From Macrostomum lignano (lineage: Eukaryota): a DNA stretch of 64,000 nt. This document shows, piece after piece, positions 32,698 to 44,264 of this stretch (positions within the stretch are counted from its first letter, which is position 1; every line of letters begins with the position of its first letter). Both the position numbers and the translations under genes were made by a program. The notes under the pieces are model-generated. The model was not told the DNA's origin, searched no databases, and saw nothing but the letters and a program-made list of their open reading frames with translations. The DNA is taken from NCBI GenBank assembly GCA_002269645.1, contig NIVC01003923.1, positions 5,457 through 69,456 of the forward strand, in the 5' to 3' direction.

Positions 32698-34190
32698 TTT
32701 TTCTAAACTTGTCGTAGTCCTGCAGCTGCGCTGTTGCCGATAAAACTGCCGGAAGAGAGGAAAGCGGGGAAGAGCCGGGGCTCAGAATGCTTCTTAAATG
32801 TGAAAAGAGCAGCCGTTGTCTGATTGGCTGACGAGCTCCTGCACTCGCCACTTGAAGACAGCGCTCTGTCTTGGTTGCCTTGGAGACTTGGTAAAGCTTT
32901 CAGCTAAACTCCAGAAATTGCTCCTCATGGCTGGGAGCAGGGGAGAGACTGGCAGAGACTGCAAGGGGAAGAAGGTTTTTGGGTAAGGTGTAGAGCCAAG
33001 AAGTCGCATAGCTGGGTATTTGGTCTCGATATCAAAACACTTCACTGAATTTTCGTCATAAAACGTTCACCGAATTGGTTTCAATAATTATTAATGATGC
33101 AAAAGATTTCATGATTCAGGCAATGATGTTCTGCTCACAGATTTTATGAATTCGCTAAGCACCGAATTCCTGGCCCAGCAGTGGCAAAACTTCCCTTCTG
33201 CAGTGCTCGGGAGCAAGCGTGCAGCTGCTTGTTGATAATGAGAAGGAATCACAGGGCGGTGAAACTGCTTCAGTGAGTCTCTGTAAAAATATTGAAGTGG
33301 TTAAGAGGCTTTGGCGCTGGGCGAAGGCTTGTCCTTTGTTCCTGCCCCCTCATCTCCAGCTTCCTGCTTTCCAGCCTCTGCGCTATTGTGACGGGCTTCT
33401 GGAGTTGGTTCCATTGTTTAGATGGGAGCTATCTATCTTGGGGTATTCAAGAGTCGCCTATTCAGCAAAACCATTCGACCGAGACGCGGAAACTATCGAC
33501 TGTTTAGGAGAAGGTAAGGCAGACAAACCCCATAAGCGTCTCCCATCGTGGATCCCCGAGGCAACCGTTTCAGTTGAACAACAAAGCCGATGCTGCAGGT
33601 TAACGCGAGAGTTTGTCAATTTCTATTGACGTGGGGAGCACAGCGAAGCCCTTCTAGATCTGTAGCTCATGCAGTCTTTTATTTTGTTGAGACAAGAAAA
33701 AACTTCCCTCTCGAGCTAAAGTTATTTCCAGCCAAATGTAAGAGAGCCGTCAAGCTGAAAGCATTCCCTGTAGCGATTCTGCGATGATGCCCCATTATTG
33801 TAGCAATCGGAAGAAACTTTCCTAGAATATTAAAAGGAAAAGGCAAATACACGATCAGTATATGCACACAGCTTTAATGAACTTTCTCATTTTATCTGAG
33901 CTATAAAGTCGTAACTACTGGCACAAGTAGACAGTAGATACACGTAACTACATTGCATGTACATGTAAATGTCGAGATGCTGTACTGCTTACTCTAATGT
34001 ACATGTACTTGCAAGTTGTTGTCGCTGAGTTTGGGAAGCCTGCATTACACAAACCAGAATGTGAATAAAAATTCCAAAGAGTAAAATTAATCTAGCCGAA
34101 GAGTACAATAAAAAATTCAGAATTTTGAAACCATACGCTTTCATTTACATGCATAATTATTAAACGCATGCAGCATGGCTACTAGCAAAC

Positions 34191-34551
34191 CTAGGTTTTT
34201 TTCGTCCGAAATCTAGTTGCCAAATGGCAACTGGAGCTCAAAATCTAGTTGCTAATTGCCATCCTCAGTTGCCAACTGACAACTGACCTATTTCAGTGTC
34301 CCACTTTATAAAGTTGTTTTTGCAACAATTTTCACGCATTGACGAAAAAATAATATGCTCGAATCAGCTCAGGCTTCAGGTTTTCAGTCAAGCCAATCTT
34401 AGCAGTAATAAAATGTGACAGACTGTTTTATCATTGGCAACTGCCTTGGTTCAAGTTGGTTGCCAGATTGGCCTCTGATGCCACAAATCCAGTTGCCAAT
34501 GGCTTTTTTGGGTAGCCGGACGTGGCTACCGTATGGCCTAAAAAAACCCAG
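34191..34551. mobile_element. hAT-like MITE (361 bp)
   Basis: TIR CT(A/G)GGTTTTTTT; TSD CTAGCAA(A)C and CTAGCAAC; internal repeated GTTGCC/GGCAAC motifs. Confidence 0.7.
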
Positions 34552-35116
34552 CTAGCAACAAAGACCGTTCAAAACTAGCTTAAATTGAGGATTCAATCTA
34601 AGTTAAACAGAATCGTGTCCAGAAATATTTCATACAGTTACAGAAGCAATAATTATAAAATTCAAAGATTCAACAACCAATAAATAACTTTGCAAGCACG
34701 CCAAACGTGTCCAAGGTTTAGAACGAAGTCTTCGAAATAAAGACAATACTTGTTTAAATCAAAAGCATGCCTGTTTTATCATAGAATATTTACTAATGTA
34801 TTGCTAACGTCAGAACCGCAGAAAATATATTGCAATATTTTAATGCCTTTTTTCTCTAATTTGTGCTGAGTTTAACGGCTGCTAAAAGTTGATAACTTCT
34901 GAAATGCTGTCATTCCAAGAAACTAACAATTTGTATGATATGGTATATATAAGCTCACGAATTTTGGTTAGAAGCTATAGCACTAATATAGCACTAGTAC
35001 ATGTTGGCTACGTATCGTCTGTTATTTACTCATTGCTCATTGGTTTATTTTTGGTTAATTAATAAGTAATTTTTTTATAATTTAAGCATAATAATCTTGT
35101 GGGCAGGAAGATCAAC

Positions 35117-38100
35117 ATGACAACTAATAGCTCATCTATTACCCATGCAATTTTTGACATGGATGGACTTCTAATTGGTAAATAAAACACTATTGTATTA
35201 AAAGCTTAGATTAAGCTAATTTTCTATCTGCATACTGTTTCTTCCATTTCAGATTCAAATTCAAGAATTATACCTACTAAAATATAGAACCTAAGCCTAA
35301 TTAATTTTAATTTGCCTTTTAGACACTGAGTCTGTTTATACAGATTGTTACAATAAATTTTGTGCTCAATTTGGCAAGCAATTTACTTGGGAAATCAAGC
35401 AGAAGCAAATGGGAAGGCCACCAAATGAATCTGCAAAAATAATAATTGGTAAGTAATGCAACTTATGCTAGTGCAAGTCACTATTGATAAGTAGCTATAT
35501 CATGTGATTTCTATTTTGTATAATAGCTAAAAAGTATGTTGTCAATGTGATAAAAAGTATTAAAATTGTTTTTATGCATTTAAATGAATAATAAGTCTGT
35601 GACGTTGTCAGTTTAAGGTGGTCCCGAAAAGGGCCGTTGGACTGCTGGTTTTCCATAGTCATTCAACCCTTCAGTTTCACCGCTTCAACTAAACTTTTCC
35701 ATTCGTTTATTGCGACGTTTACTTGTAGTAGTGCCCAACGATTTTGTGGCAATTTATAATTCATTGTATATTTTGCTATCCTCTCTCGCCACCGTATAAA
35801 ATTGGCACGATCGATAATTTTAAGTTCTCTCGCCAGCCAATGAAATCACTCGTGTTCGCGCTACCCCCCTCTGCGCTCTTTTATTAAACCCCCCCCCGCC
35901 TGGCGGCGGGCACTCCACGCTCCCCTCGCTCTCTCTCGCTCCTCTCTCTCCGCTTGTTCCTTGTTTCCTTCCCTGCGGCCTCTTAGCTGTCTTATCTGTT
36001 TGTCTGGCTGCCTCGAGCCTCCTTATTTCTCACCACGGCCCTTCTGTCTGGGCCAGCCTGCTCACACACTTACTTGACTGTTTCACGCCACGACCGACGC
36101 CAACTCACCACTACGTTTCACTGCCTTCACGGTGCTCATAGCCACTGCTCACGTCACGTCGCCATTGGGTCATTCGCCTGCCACTTGACTTCATATCCAA
36201 ATTATATTCAACCCATTGCTGCAGCCGCCAGTGCCCAGAAAGCTATAGTCTGTTTATTGCCAGTAACAACCAAACTTAATACTGATATTAACAATAAAGA
36301 CAACTACGGCAGTTCCTGCCTTTATCGCCAAGTGCTCCGCTACAAAATCCGCTTTACAAGAATTGACTTCAACTTATTTTGGGACTAAAACGGCCCTTTT
36401 AAGGGGTCACCGCATAGCTGGCCGCTACGCCAATAACGTGACATAATTTTGGAGGTACCACCGAGACTCCTACTCAGCACTGCCGGCTCGCAACTAAGTC
36501 AGCACCACCGAGACGCCTACTCAGCACTGCCGGCTCACAACTAAATCAGTGCCATCAAGACTTCTACTCAGCGCTGCCAACTCGTAATCAGTGCCACCGA
36601 GACTCCTGCTCAGCGCTGCCAGCACACAAGCAAGCGCCATCAAGACTTCTGCTCAGCCTTGCCAGCTCGCAACCAAGCGTCAGCGAGATTCTGCTCAGCC
36701 CTGCCAGCTCGCAACCAAGCGTCAGCGAGATTCTGCTCAGCCCTGCCAGCTCGCAACCAAGCGTCAGCGAGATTCTGCTCAGCTCTGCCGGCTCGTGACT
36801 GAGTGCCGGCCTGCCACGTTTCTGCCTGACGGTCCGCAAGGCTGCAAGAGCCTGTGCCACGTCAGGCCCAGGGGTCCTGACTGCCCGGCTGGTCTCCGCT
36901 CGTCGCCGCGAGTCGTCGCTGGTCGTCGCCCTGAGCAACGCGCGCTGTCAACTGCGTTGAGCTCGAGCTTACGCTCTGCCAAGATAGCTCCGCTGCGTGT
37001 GCCAAGCCACGCCAGGTTACGCTGTGCGCTGATTGTTTGTAGGGACTATTGCCTGACAGTTAGTCTGGGTGGTTTGCGTGATAGGACTCTCCCCTATTAT
37101 AGGCTTTTTGCGGTTTGCCCCTGTCAGGCACGTTTTTTGTTAGTAGGACGCAATCTCTCTCGTCTCTCTCGCGTCGTCAACCTCAATTCGTTCTCTCTGG
37201 AACCTTACTCTCACTCGTGGTTGCTCCGTTCGCCTCACTCGGGCTCCTGCCTGAGCTTCATCTCGCACAATGTCCGGCAACGGGGAAGACTTCGGCATGG
37301 CGCCTCCCGAGCCTGTGGCGGACCCAGTCGCCGCACAGGCAGTTAATCCACCAGCCCCAGCCACTGAACCCAGACCCAGCTATGGGCGCCCCATCTGCCC
37401 ACCCGTTAGGTACCGGGCGTGCCAGGTGTCCGGCCTGCTCCAGCTGTAGGGTGGCAAGCATTAGTTTGCTCACGCCCTGGGCAAGGCGTTAAACTACCTC
37501 CTGTGGCCCCTGTTGGCCACGGGTCCCTGTGGCCCCGCTGTTCTCCGCCTTCCGCGCCGGTTCTCTCCTTCCTGCCTGTTGGGCGCTTCCGCGCTGGTCC
37601 TCTCCCCCCTGTCTGTTGGGCGCTTCCGCGCCGGTTCCCTCCCTTCTGCCTGTTTGGCGCGCTGCGCCGTTCTCCGCCTGGCGCGCTGCGCCGTTTCCTG
37701 CCTTGGCGCCCCTGCGCGTCTCCGCCTGGCGCGCTGCGCCGTTCCTGCCTGGCGCGTGGCGCCGTTTCCTGCCTTGGCGCGTAGCGCCGTTCTCTGCCTT
37801 GGCGCGTGGCGCCGTTCCCTGCCGTGGCGCCCTGTCGCCGTTTCCTGCCTTGGCGCGTGGCGCCGTTCTCTGCCTTGGCGCGTGGCGCCGTTCCCTGCCG
37901 TGGCGCCCTGTCGCCGTTTCCTGCCTTGGCGCGTGGCGCCGTTCCTTTGCCTGGCGCGCTGCGCCGTCCTCTGCCTTGGCGCTCTTGCGCCGTTCTCCGC
38001 CTGGCGCGCTGCGCCGTCTCCTGCCTTGGCGCGTTGCGCCTTTCTCCGCCTGGCGCGCTGCGCCGTTTTCTGCCTTGGCGCTCCGCGCCGTCCTGTCTCC

Positions 38101-41100
38101 GCCTTGGGCGCTCCCTTGCCGGTTTCTCCCTCCCGCCTGTTTGGCGCGCCGCGCCGTGTCCCGCCGCCCTTGGCGCTTGTCGTCGTTTGCCCGCAGTTGT
38201 CCGGACTGTGTCTCTGTTTCGTGCCTCTGCTCTGCATCTTTTGCCTCATCCGTCTTGTCACCTTGTTCTGTGCTCCTTGCCTCATCTGTCTTGTCACCTC
38301 TGTTCGTCCTGTCGTTTTTTTTTGTGCGTTTGCGTGCCCCGCGCGCTCCGCTCTGCGCTACTTTTGTAACCAATGTTATTCTCACTGCCATACCTACGTT
38401 GACTTTGATTTTCACCATTCATCTACCTGTATTCATTATTTACTGCAGTCTGTTCCTTTGTTTTCGTATTCCCCTTCAGCCTCTTCACTTCTTTTTGCGA
38501 GCGTGTGAAACATCCCATTTTGTTGCGGTGCCGGACCTCGAAAGCCGGGCGCCATAGGCGTTTTTCAACGCTCTTTCTTTTCTCTGTGCCTGTTTTTTTT
38601 CTTTGCGCCTCTGTGCGCGTGTCTGGGCGGCGCCTGCGTCCCATTGGGGGCGAGCCCATGCGGTCCACCGGGACCGGCCCAGCTGTTGAGCCGTTTGTCG
38701 GCTGGCTGCACCCTGCAGCGGATGCATTCTGCATCGTTTACACACCTTCACTCCACTGCTTCCCTCGCGTGCTAGCTCTTCTTTGTAATGTTCTGTAACT
38801 TTCTGTAATCCTACCACCTGTTCTGTAATTTGACTTCGATTATTCAGCCACTCATAAGCCTGTGGGTTAGTAATCCCTAAAGCCTCCAGTAATCATATGC
38901 TCATACAAACTGACTCAACCCCACTGTAATTCATTCTACTATAATTTCATAAACTGCGGTCACGTTGTGTTTTTCTTGCCGTCACCCCGCGTCTGGGTTT
39001 TTTTTTTCGCCAGAGATAAGGTGCGAAATCGCACCTTGTGCCAAATTTCAAGGTGCGATTTTAAGGCTCAGAGTGCAATTTCTCTTGAGTCTTGTTTAGA
39101 ATGTGAGGGTTTCACAAGAGATATTCAGCCAGACATTCAAAACGATCGTCTGTAACTTTAAACAAAATTGACCCGCTTCAACCATCTTTTTGGCAAATAC
39201 TTACGCAAGTGTTGGGCGTCGAATAAGCTTTAATTTATTAACTGATGTAAAAATCCTTCTGACATACATTGATTTAAAAATTGCTTAGTAACACTCTGAT
39301 TAGAAATCGCTTTACTGTTGACTAAAATTGTTTTGATCGTAGCAGCCTAAAAGCAGATACTGGATTTAAAAATGCTTCGATTTACTCTATACGCATGTCT
39401 CAGCTTTAAAATGACACCTCAGGCGTTGCAAAAGACAGCTTTGATGCTGAGATATTCGACATTAAACAATTGCTTTGCGCAAACTCACATTCAGAAATTT
39501 CACTGATTTTTATCGATATTTGTGCAGTTGCCGTGTCCTTGTTTTTCATCAGAAACTTGTCAAATTCTAGTCATGTCCAGTTTAAACCTGGACTTCTCTT
39601 AAACTGTCTTAAGTATTTGATTTTTAATGATTCCTGCCTTTATATTGCATAGATTGTACCTGAGTCAGTGAGTCTGTGAGTGTACATTTGTACATATGGC
39701 GACCAATCATGACTTTTTCACCGCTTTGCGGTTCAAATAAATATACGAGTGTACGAGAAACATGTTCCAACTGTTATTGAGAGAAATTGACGTCGCGTTT
39801 ATTAACAGTCAGTGGCAATTAATATGAAGCAAATAGTTTATTGTTATGTTTTTACATTTTTTGCGTGGCAATTCTGCTATCCAAATTGGAATGAGGTAAG
39901 CGGTGGGATCTAATGTACTGCTAAGCTTTCCAATCCCTACGGACTACCGTAGCAGTTCTTAACTTTTTTCTGTCTTGACTTCTAGACTCGGAATTCGGAA
40001 CAACCTAAGGAGCCGCATGAAAATATTTAATTGGATAAAGATATTTTCTAAAAACAGCTCAAGTTGTGACACATCTTCTTCTCGCCTCAGTCCATCAACT
40101 GCTGCTCCTTCTGAGACCGAAGCGATCGTGAAAGTAAAACAGATCAGTTTAGATCCCATGGCCATGAATACAACCATTTCAATTGTGAACCTGCTTCGCT
40201 TACGAGTACGAGCACTAGCCTTCCATTTGATGCCATTAGCTCACTTAACTCTGAAATAGTTCAAGGACGGTTCCAAATGTTGAGATCTGACGTAGAAGCA
40301 GTCCAATTTGCGGAAATTTATCAACTGGACTCCATGAATCACTCCAATGAAAGGCGGCGAATAGCTGCAGAATGCGTAAACAAGTTTAAGTGAGTCACAA
40401 AAACCCCATTTACAGTAACTACATACACTTGTACGTTAGCAAGGCTCCATGCGATGGTCTATAAATGGAGAAGTAGACAAGCATCTGAACAAATATTGAA
40501 TAAAAATCAGTGAAGTTTCCGAATGTGAGTTTGAGCAAAGCAATGTTTAGTTTCGAATATCTCAGCATCAAAGCTGTCTTTTGCAACGCCTGAGGTGTCA
40601 TTTTAAAGCTGAGACATGCGTATAGACATGACTAGAATTTGACGAGATTCTGATGAAAAACAAGGACACGGCAACTGCACAAATATCAACAAAAAATCAG
40701 TGAAATTTCTGAATGTGAGTTTGCGCAAAGCAATGCATGTTTAGTGTCAAATATCTCAGCATCAAAGCTGTCTTTTGCAACGCCTGAGGTGTCATTTTAA
40801 AGCTGAGACATGCGTATAGACATGACTAGAGTTTGGCGAGATTCTGATGGGAAACAAGGACACGGCAACTGCACAAATATCAACAAAAAATCAGTGAAAT
40901 TTCTGAATGTGAGTTTGCGCAAAGCAATGCATGTTTAGTGTCAAATATCTCAGCATCAAAGCTGTCTTTTGCAACGCCTGAGGTGTCATTTTAAAGCTGA
41001 GACATGCGTATAGAGTAAATCGAAGCATTTTTAAATCCAGTATCTGCTTTTAGGCTGCTACGATCAAAACAATTTTAGTCAACAGTAAAGCGATTTCTAA

Positions 41101-44100
41101 TCAGAGCTAGTGTTGCTAAGCAATTTTTAAATCAATGTATGTCAGGATTTTTACATCAGTTAATAAATTAAAGCTTATTCGACGCCCAACACTTGCGTAA
41201 GTATTTGCCAAAAAGATGGTTGAAGCGGGTCAATTTTGTTTAAAGTTACAGACAATCATTTTGAATGTCTGTCTTCGGAATGGGTCTCCCTAAAACACGC
41301 CCCGCACCGCCCTGCAGCGCTACACATTAAAACAAATTGGACTATAACTAAAGACACTTCAGAATGCGTTTTCTGTTAAGCTTAAAGTTTTTATTAAATT
41401 TAGTTTTTTTACTTTGAAATATAAAATTCGGTGAACAATAAGTGATATTAATAATAATATTAATAAAATAATAATATCATAATTTAATAATGAAAACGAG
41501 AATATAAAAAAAAATAATATTTAAAAAAATAAATAAAGATATTTATTCCATTACTATTTTAACTTTTCCTTGCAATCAAATAGGCCCCCCTACTGCATTG
41601 ACAAAAAATGTTATAATGTGTAGCGGTTCGGGGCCCGGTGCGGGGCGTGTTTTAGGGAGCCCCTGTCTGAATATCTCTCGTGAAACCCTCACATTGCTCA
41701 CATTTCAGACAACTGGGAATGTATATTTTAATATCTTACATAAGGCTATAGCTATAGGCTATATCGCCTATATGACTTATAGGATTTAAAGAGTTATTTT
41801 GTTTCATATTTTAAGGCAGTGCATAAAAAATAGCTTAAGCATGGTTAAGCCTTTAAAGAAAAATGGTTATAAGACCGCACCTAAACCGCACCTACTTTTT
41901 TAATTTCAGGGTGCGATTTTAAAATTTAGGGTGCATACGCACACTCTACGCACAAAAAAAAAACCCTGCCCCGCGTGTTGGTTTTCTTTTTGCGCGACCC
42001 TATCCTTTTTCGGAAGGGAGGCGGGTGTGACGTTGTCAGTTTAAGGTGGTCCCGAAAAGGGCCGTTGGACTGCTGGTTTTCCATAGTCATTCAACCCTTC
42101 AGTTTCACCGCTTCAACTAAACTTTTCCATTCGTTTATTGCGACGTTTACTTGTAGTAGTGCCCAACGATTTTGTGGCAATTTATAATTCATTGTATATT
42201 TTGCTATCCTCTCTCGCCACCGTATAAAATTGGCACGATCGATAATTTTAAGTTCTCTCGCCAGCCAATGAAATCACTCGTGTTCGCGCTACCCCCCTCT
42301 GCGCTCTTTTATTAAACCCCCCCCCCCGCCTGGCGGCGGGCACTCCACGCTCCCCTCGCTCTCTCTCGCTCCTCTCTCTCCGCTTGTTCCTTGTTTCCTT
42401 CCCTGCGGCCTCTTAGCTGTCTTATCTGTTTGTCTGGCTGCCTCGAGCCTCCTTATTTCTCACCACGGCCCTTCTGTCTGGGCCAGCCTGCTCACACACT
42501 TACTTGACTGTTTCACGCCACGACCGACGCCAACTCACCACTACGTTTCACTGCCTTCACGGTGCTCATAGCCACTGCTCACGTCACGTCGCCATTGGGT
42601 CATTCGCCTGCCACTTGACTTCATATCCAAATTATATTCAACCCATTGCTGCAGCCGCCAGTGCCCAGAAAGCTATAGTCTGTTTATTGCCAGTAACAAC
42701 CAAACTTAATACTGATATTAACAATAAAGACAACTACGGCAGTTCCTGCCTTTATCGCCAAGTGCTCCGCTACAAAATCCGCTTTACAAGAATTGACTTC
42801 AACTTATTTTGGGACTAAAACGGCCCTTTTAAGGGTCACCGCATAGCTGGCCGCTACGCCAATAACGTGACAAGTCAATGTATTAGTAAGTTGTATATAA
42901 ATTAATCAAATGACAAACAAAAAATTCTATATTTGATAATTATTTGTTATACTTGTTAATTAAAAAAGCTATCTTGGATCATAGAAAATATTTAAATGAT
43001 CTTTTCAGACCATCTTGACTTGCCCATCACAGTGGAACAGCATCATGAAATGATCAATACAATGTTGCTAAAGGAGTTTCCCTATAGCAAGATAATGCCA
43101 GGTGAACTTTTAAATATTTTTAAGCTGTTTGAAAATTTAGCAAAGTTAAACTCTTATCTTAATCCCATTGTAGCCACATTTGAAAAACCTAGGCAATGTG
43201 TTTTCCCACAAAATTGTGATTTTTAAGTAAATGGCAGTAGCCATAACTGTCTTAGCATACATAAATGCCTCATCATCTAATTGGAGCTATGTAGATTGTA
43301 GAACCTGTACAAAACTTATATTTCCTAGAAATAAGCGACACACTGATTAGTTCCAGAAGCTATCCATCAAAACCCCAAGGCTATGGGCTCTAATAGGGCT
43401 AATCTACTAAGATCCCCATCTACACAGGTGTGAACCGTCTCCTGGAGCACCTGTGGCAGCACCGGGTGCCCATGTGCATCGCCACCGGGTCGGACCAGAC
43501 TGGCTTTGACGTCAAAGTTGGCGGCCGGCCGGAGTTGCTGAGCAAATTCCATCACTGGGTGCTGGCTGGCAGCGACCCAGCTGTGGGCCATGGCAAGCCG
43601 GCGCCCGACTGCTTCCTGGTGGCTGCTGACAGGTTCGACCCGACCCCTATTGACCCGGCCAGAGTGCTGGTCTTCGAGGACGCGCCAAATGGCGTTGAGG
43701 CCGCCCTGGCCGCTGGCATGAAGGTGGGTCCTCGGCGTGGCCTTCCGGGTCAAACAGATCTTGGTTTAAATTGGCTACACTCATGTTGCATCAAGTCAGG
43801 TCAGATCTAGTCAAAGTCAAATCAACTCAATCAATATCAGGGAAAGTCAGGTCAGGTCAAGTCGGGTCAGGTCAGGTATGTCAGGAGTCAGTTCAGTCGA
43901 GGTCAAGGTCAGGTTAAGTCGGAACCAGCCAGCTAAGAACGGGTCATGTCAATTCAAATCAGATTCGGTCGTCAAGTCACGACCGAGGTCGGGTTCTAAT
44001 TATGATTTCGTTTTAAGACGTTTGTAGCAACCAATCGTTACTTTTTACTTTAAACTGTTCCTTCCTTTTTATATTACTTTGACTAGTAGCAAGTATCGTT

Positions 44101-44264
44101 CATATTTATTTTAACTCCGGCAGGTGGTCTGGTGCCCGGATCCGCGCGCCGACATCTCGGTTCACGCGGGCAACCCGAGCGTGACTGTGCTCCGGTCGCT
44201 GGAAGATTTTCAGCCGGAAACTTTCGGCTTGCCGCCGTTTCCCACTGGAGACCCCAGCGAGTGA
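35117..44264 (+). CDS. PUDP: HAD-family pseudouridine-5'-phosphatase (HDHD1/GS1-like), 5 exons
   Basis: Exons 35117-35177 (MTTNSSSITHAIFDMDGLLI, HAD motif I), 35323-35448 (DTESVYT..FTWEIKQKQMGR), 43009-43101 (..IMPG), 43428-43723 (IATGS, GKPAPD, LVFEDAPNGVEAALAAGM), 44124-44264 (SLEDFQPETFGLPPF..*). All phases are consistent. Confidence 0.93.
35598..36443 (+). repeat. 5' LTR (846 bp)
   Basis: Matches 42026-42872 except for two homopolymer lengths. TG..CA ends, opposed CCAAT boxes (35801-35805 reverse, 35837-35841 forward), AATAAA at 36293-36298. Confidence 0.95.
38993..41968. mobile_element. hAT-like non-autonomous DNA transposon with long foldback arms, nested in the LTR element
   Basis: 8-bp TSD CCCCGCGT (38985-38992 and 41969-41976); TIR C(T/A)GGGTTTTTTTTTT; repeated GGTGCG/CGCACC subterminal motifs; internal inverted arms about 39100-39585 versus 40820-41271 plus 41665-41695; the right arm has an about 190-bp unit triplicated at 40500-41015. 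Confidence 0.85.
41282..41662. mobile_element. MITE inserted in the right arm of the foldback element
   Basis: Inverted ends GGGTCTCCCTAAAACACGCCCCGCACCG..CGCTACACATTA and TAATGTGTAGCG..CGGTGCGGGGCGTGTTTAGGGAGCCC, with an AT-rich core. The host arm homology resumes immediately after it. Confidence 0.7.
42026..42872 (+). repeat. 3' LTR (847 bp)
   Basis: Preceded by the PPT and followed by the TSD AGTC. Confidence 0.95.

Larger units (their letters stand above)
35598..42872 (+). mobile_element. Non-autonomous LTR retrotransposon (no pol), intact ends, in PUDP intron 2
   Basis: LTRs 35598-36443 and 42026-42872 (TGTGACGTT..AACGTGACA); 4-bp TSD AGTC; PBS TGGAGGTACCACCGAGA at 36450-36466 (complementary to the 3' end of tRNA-Gln, one mismatch to the common form); PPT GGAAGGGAGGCGGG at 42012-42025. 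Confidence 0.95.

Noticed and set aside
32700-33870. Coding-looking GC-moderate segment upstream of the lectin gene
   Set aside because: No phase-consistent exon chain or recognisable domain; multiple stops in all frames.
36074-36388. 104-aa ORF in each LTR ending just before the stem-loop (possible histone-like gene)
   Set aside because: Starts at TTG, has no histone or other motif, and its identity between copies simply reflects LTR duplication.
39959-40400. Possible hAT transposase dimerisation-domain remnant (DKFPQIGLLLRQISTF on -)
   Set aside because: Only faint resemblance, interrupted by stops, and the diagnostic ERxFS motif is absent.
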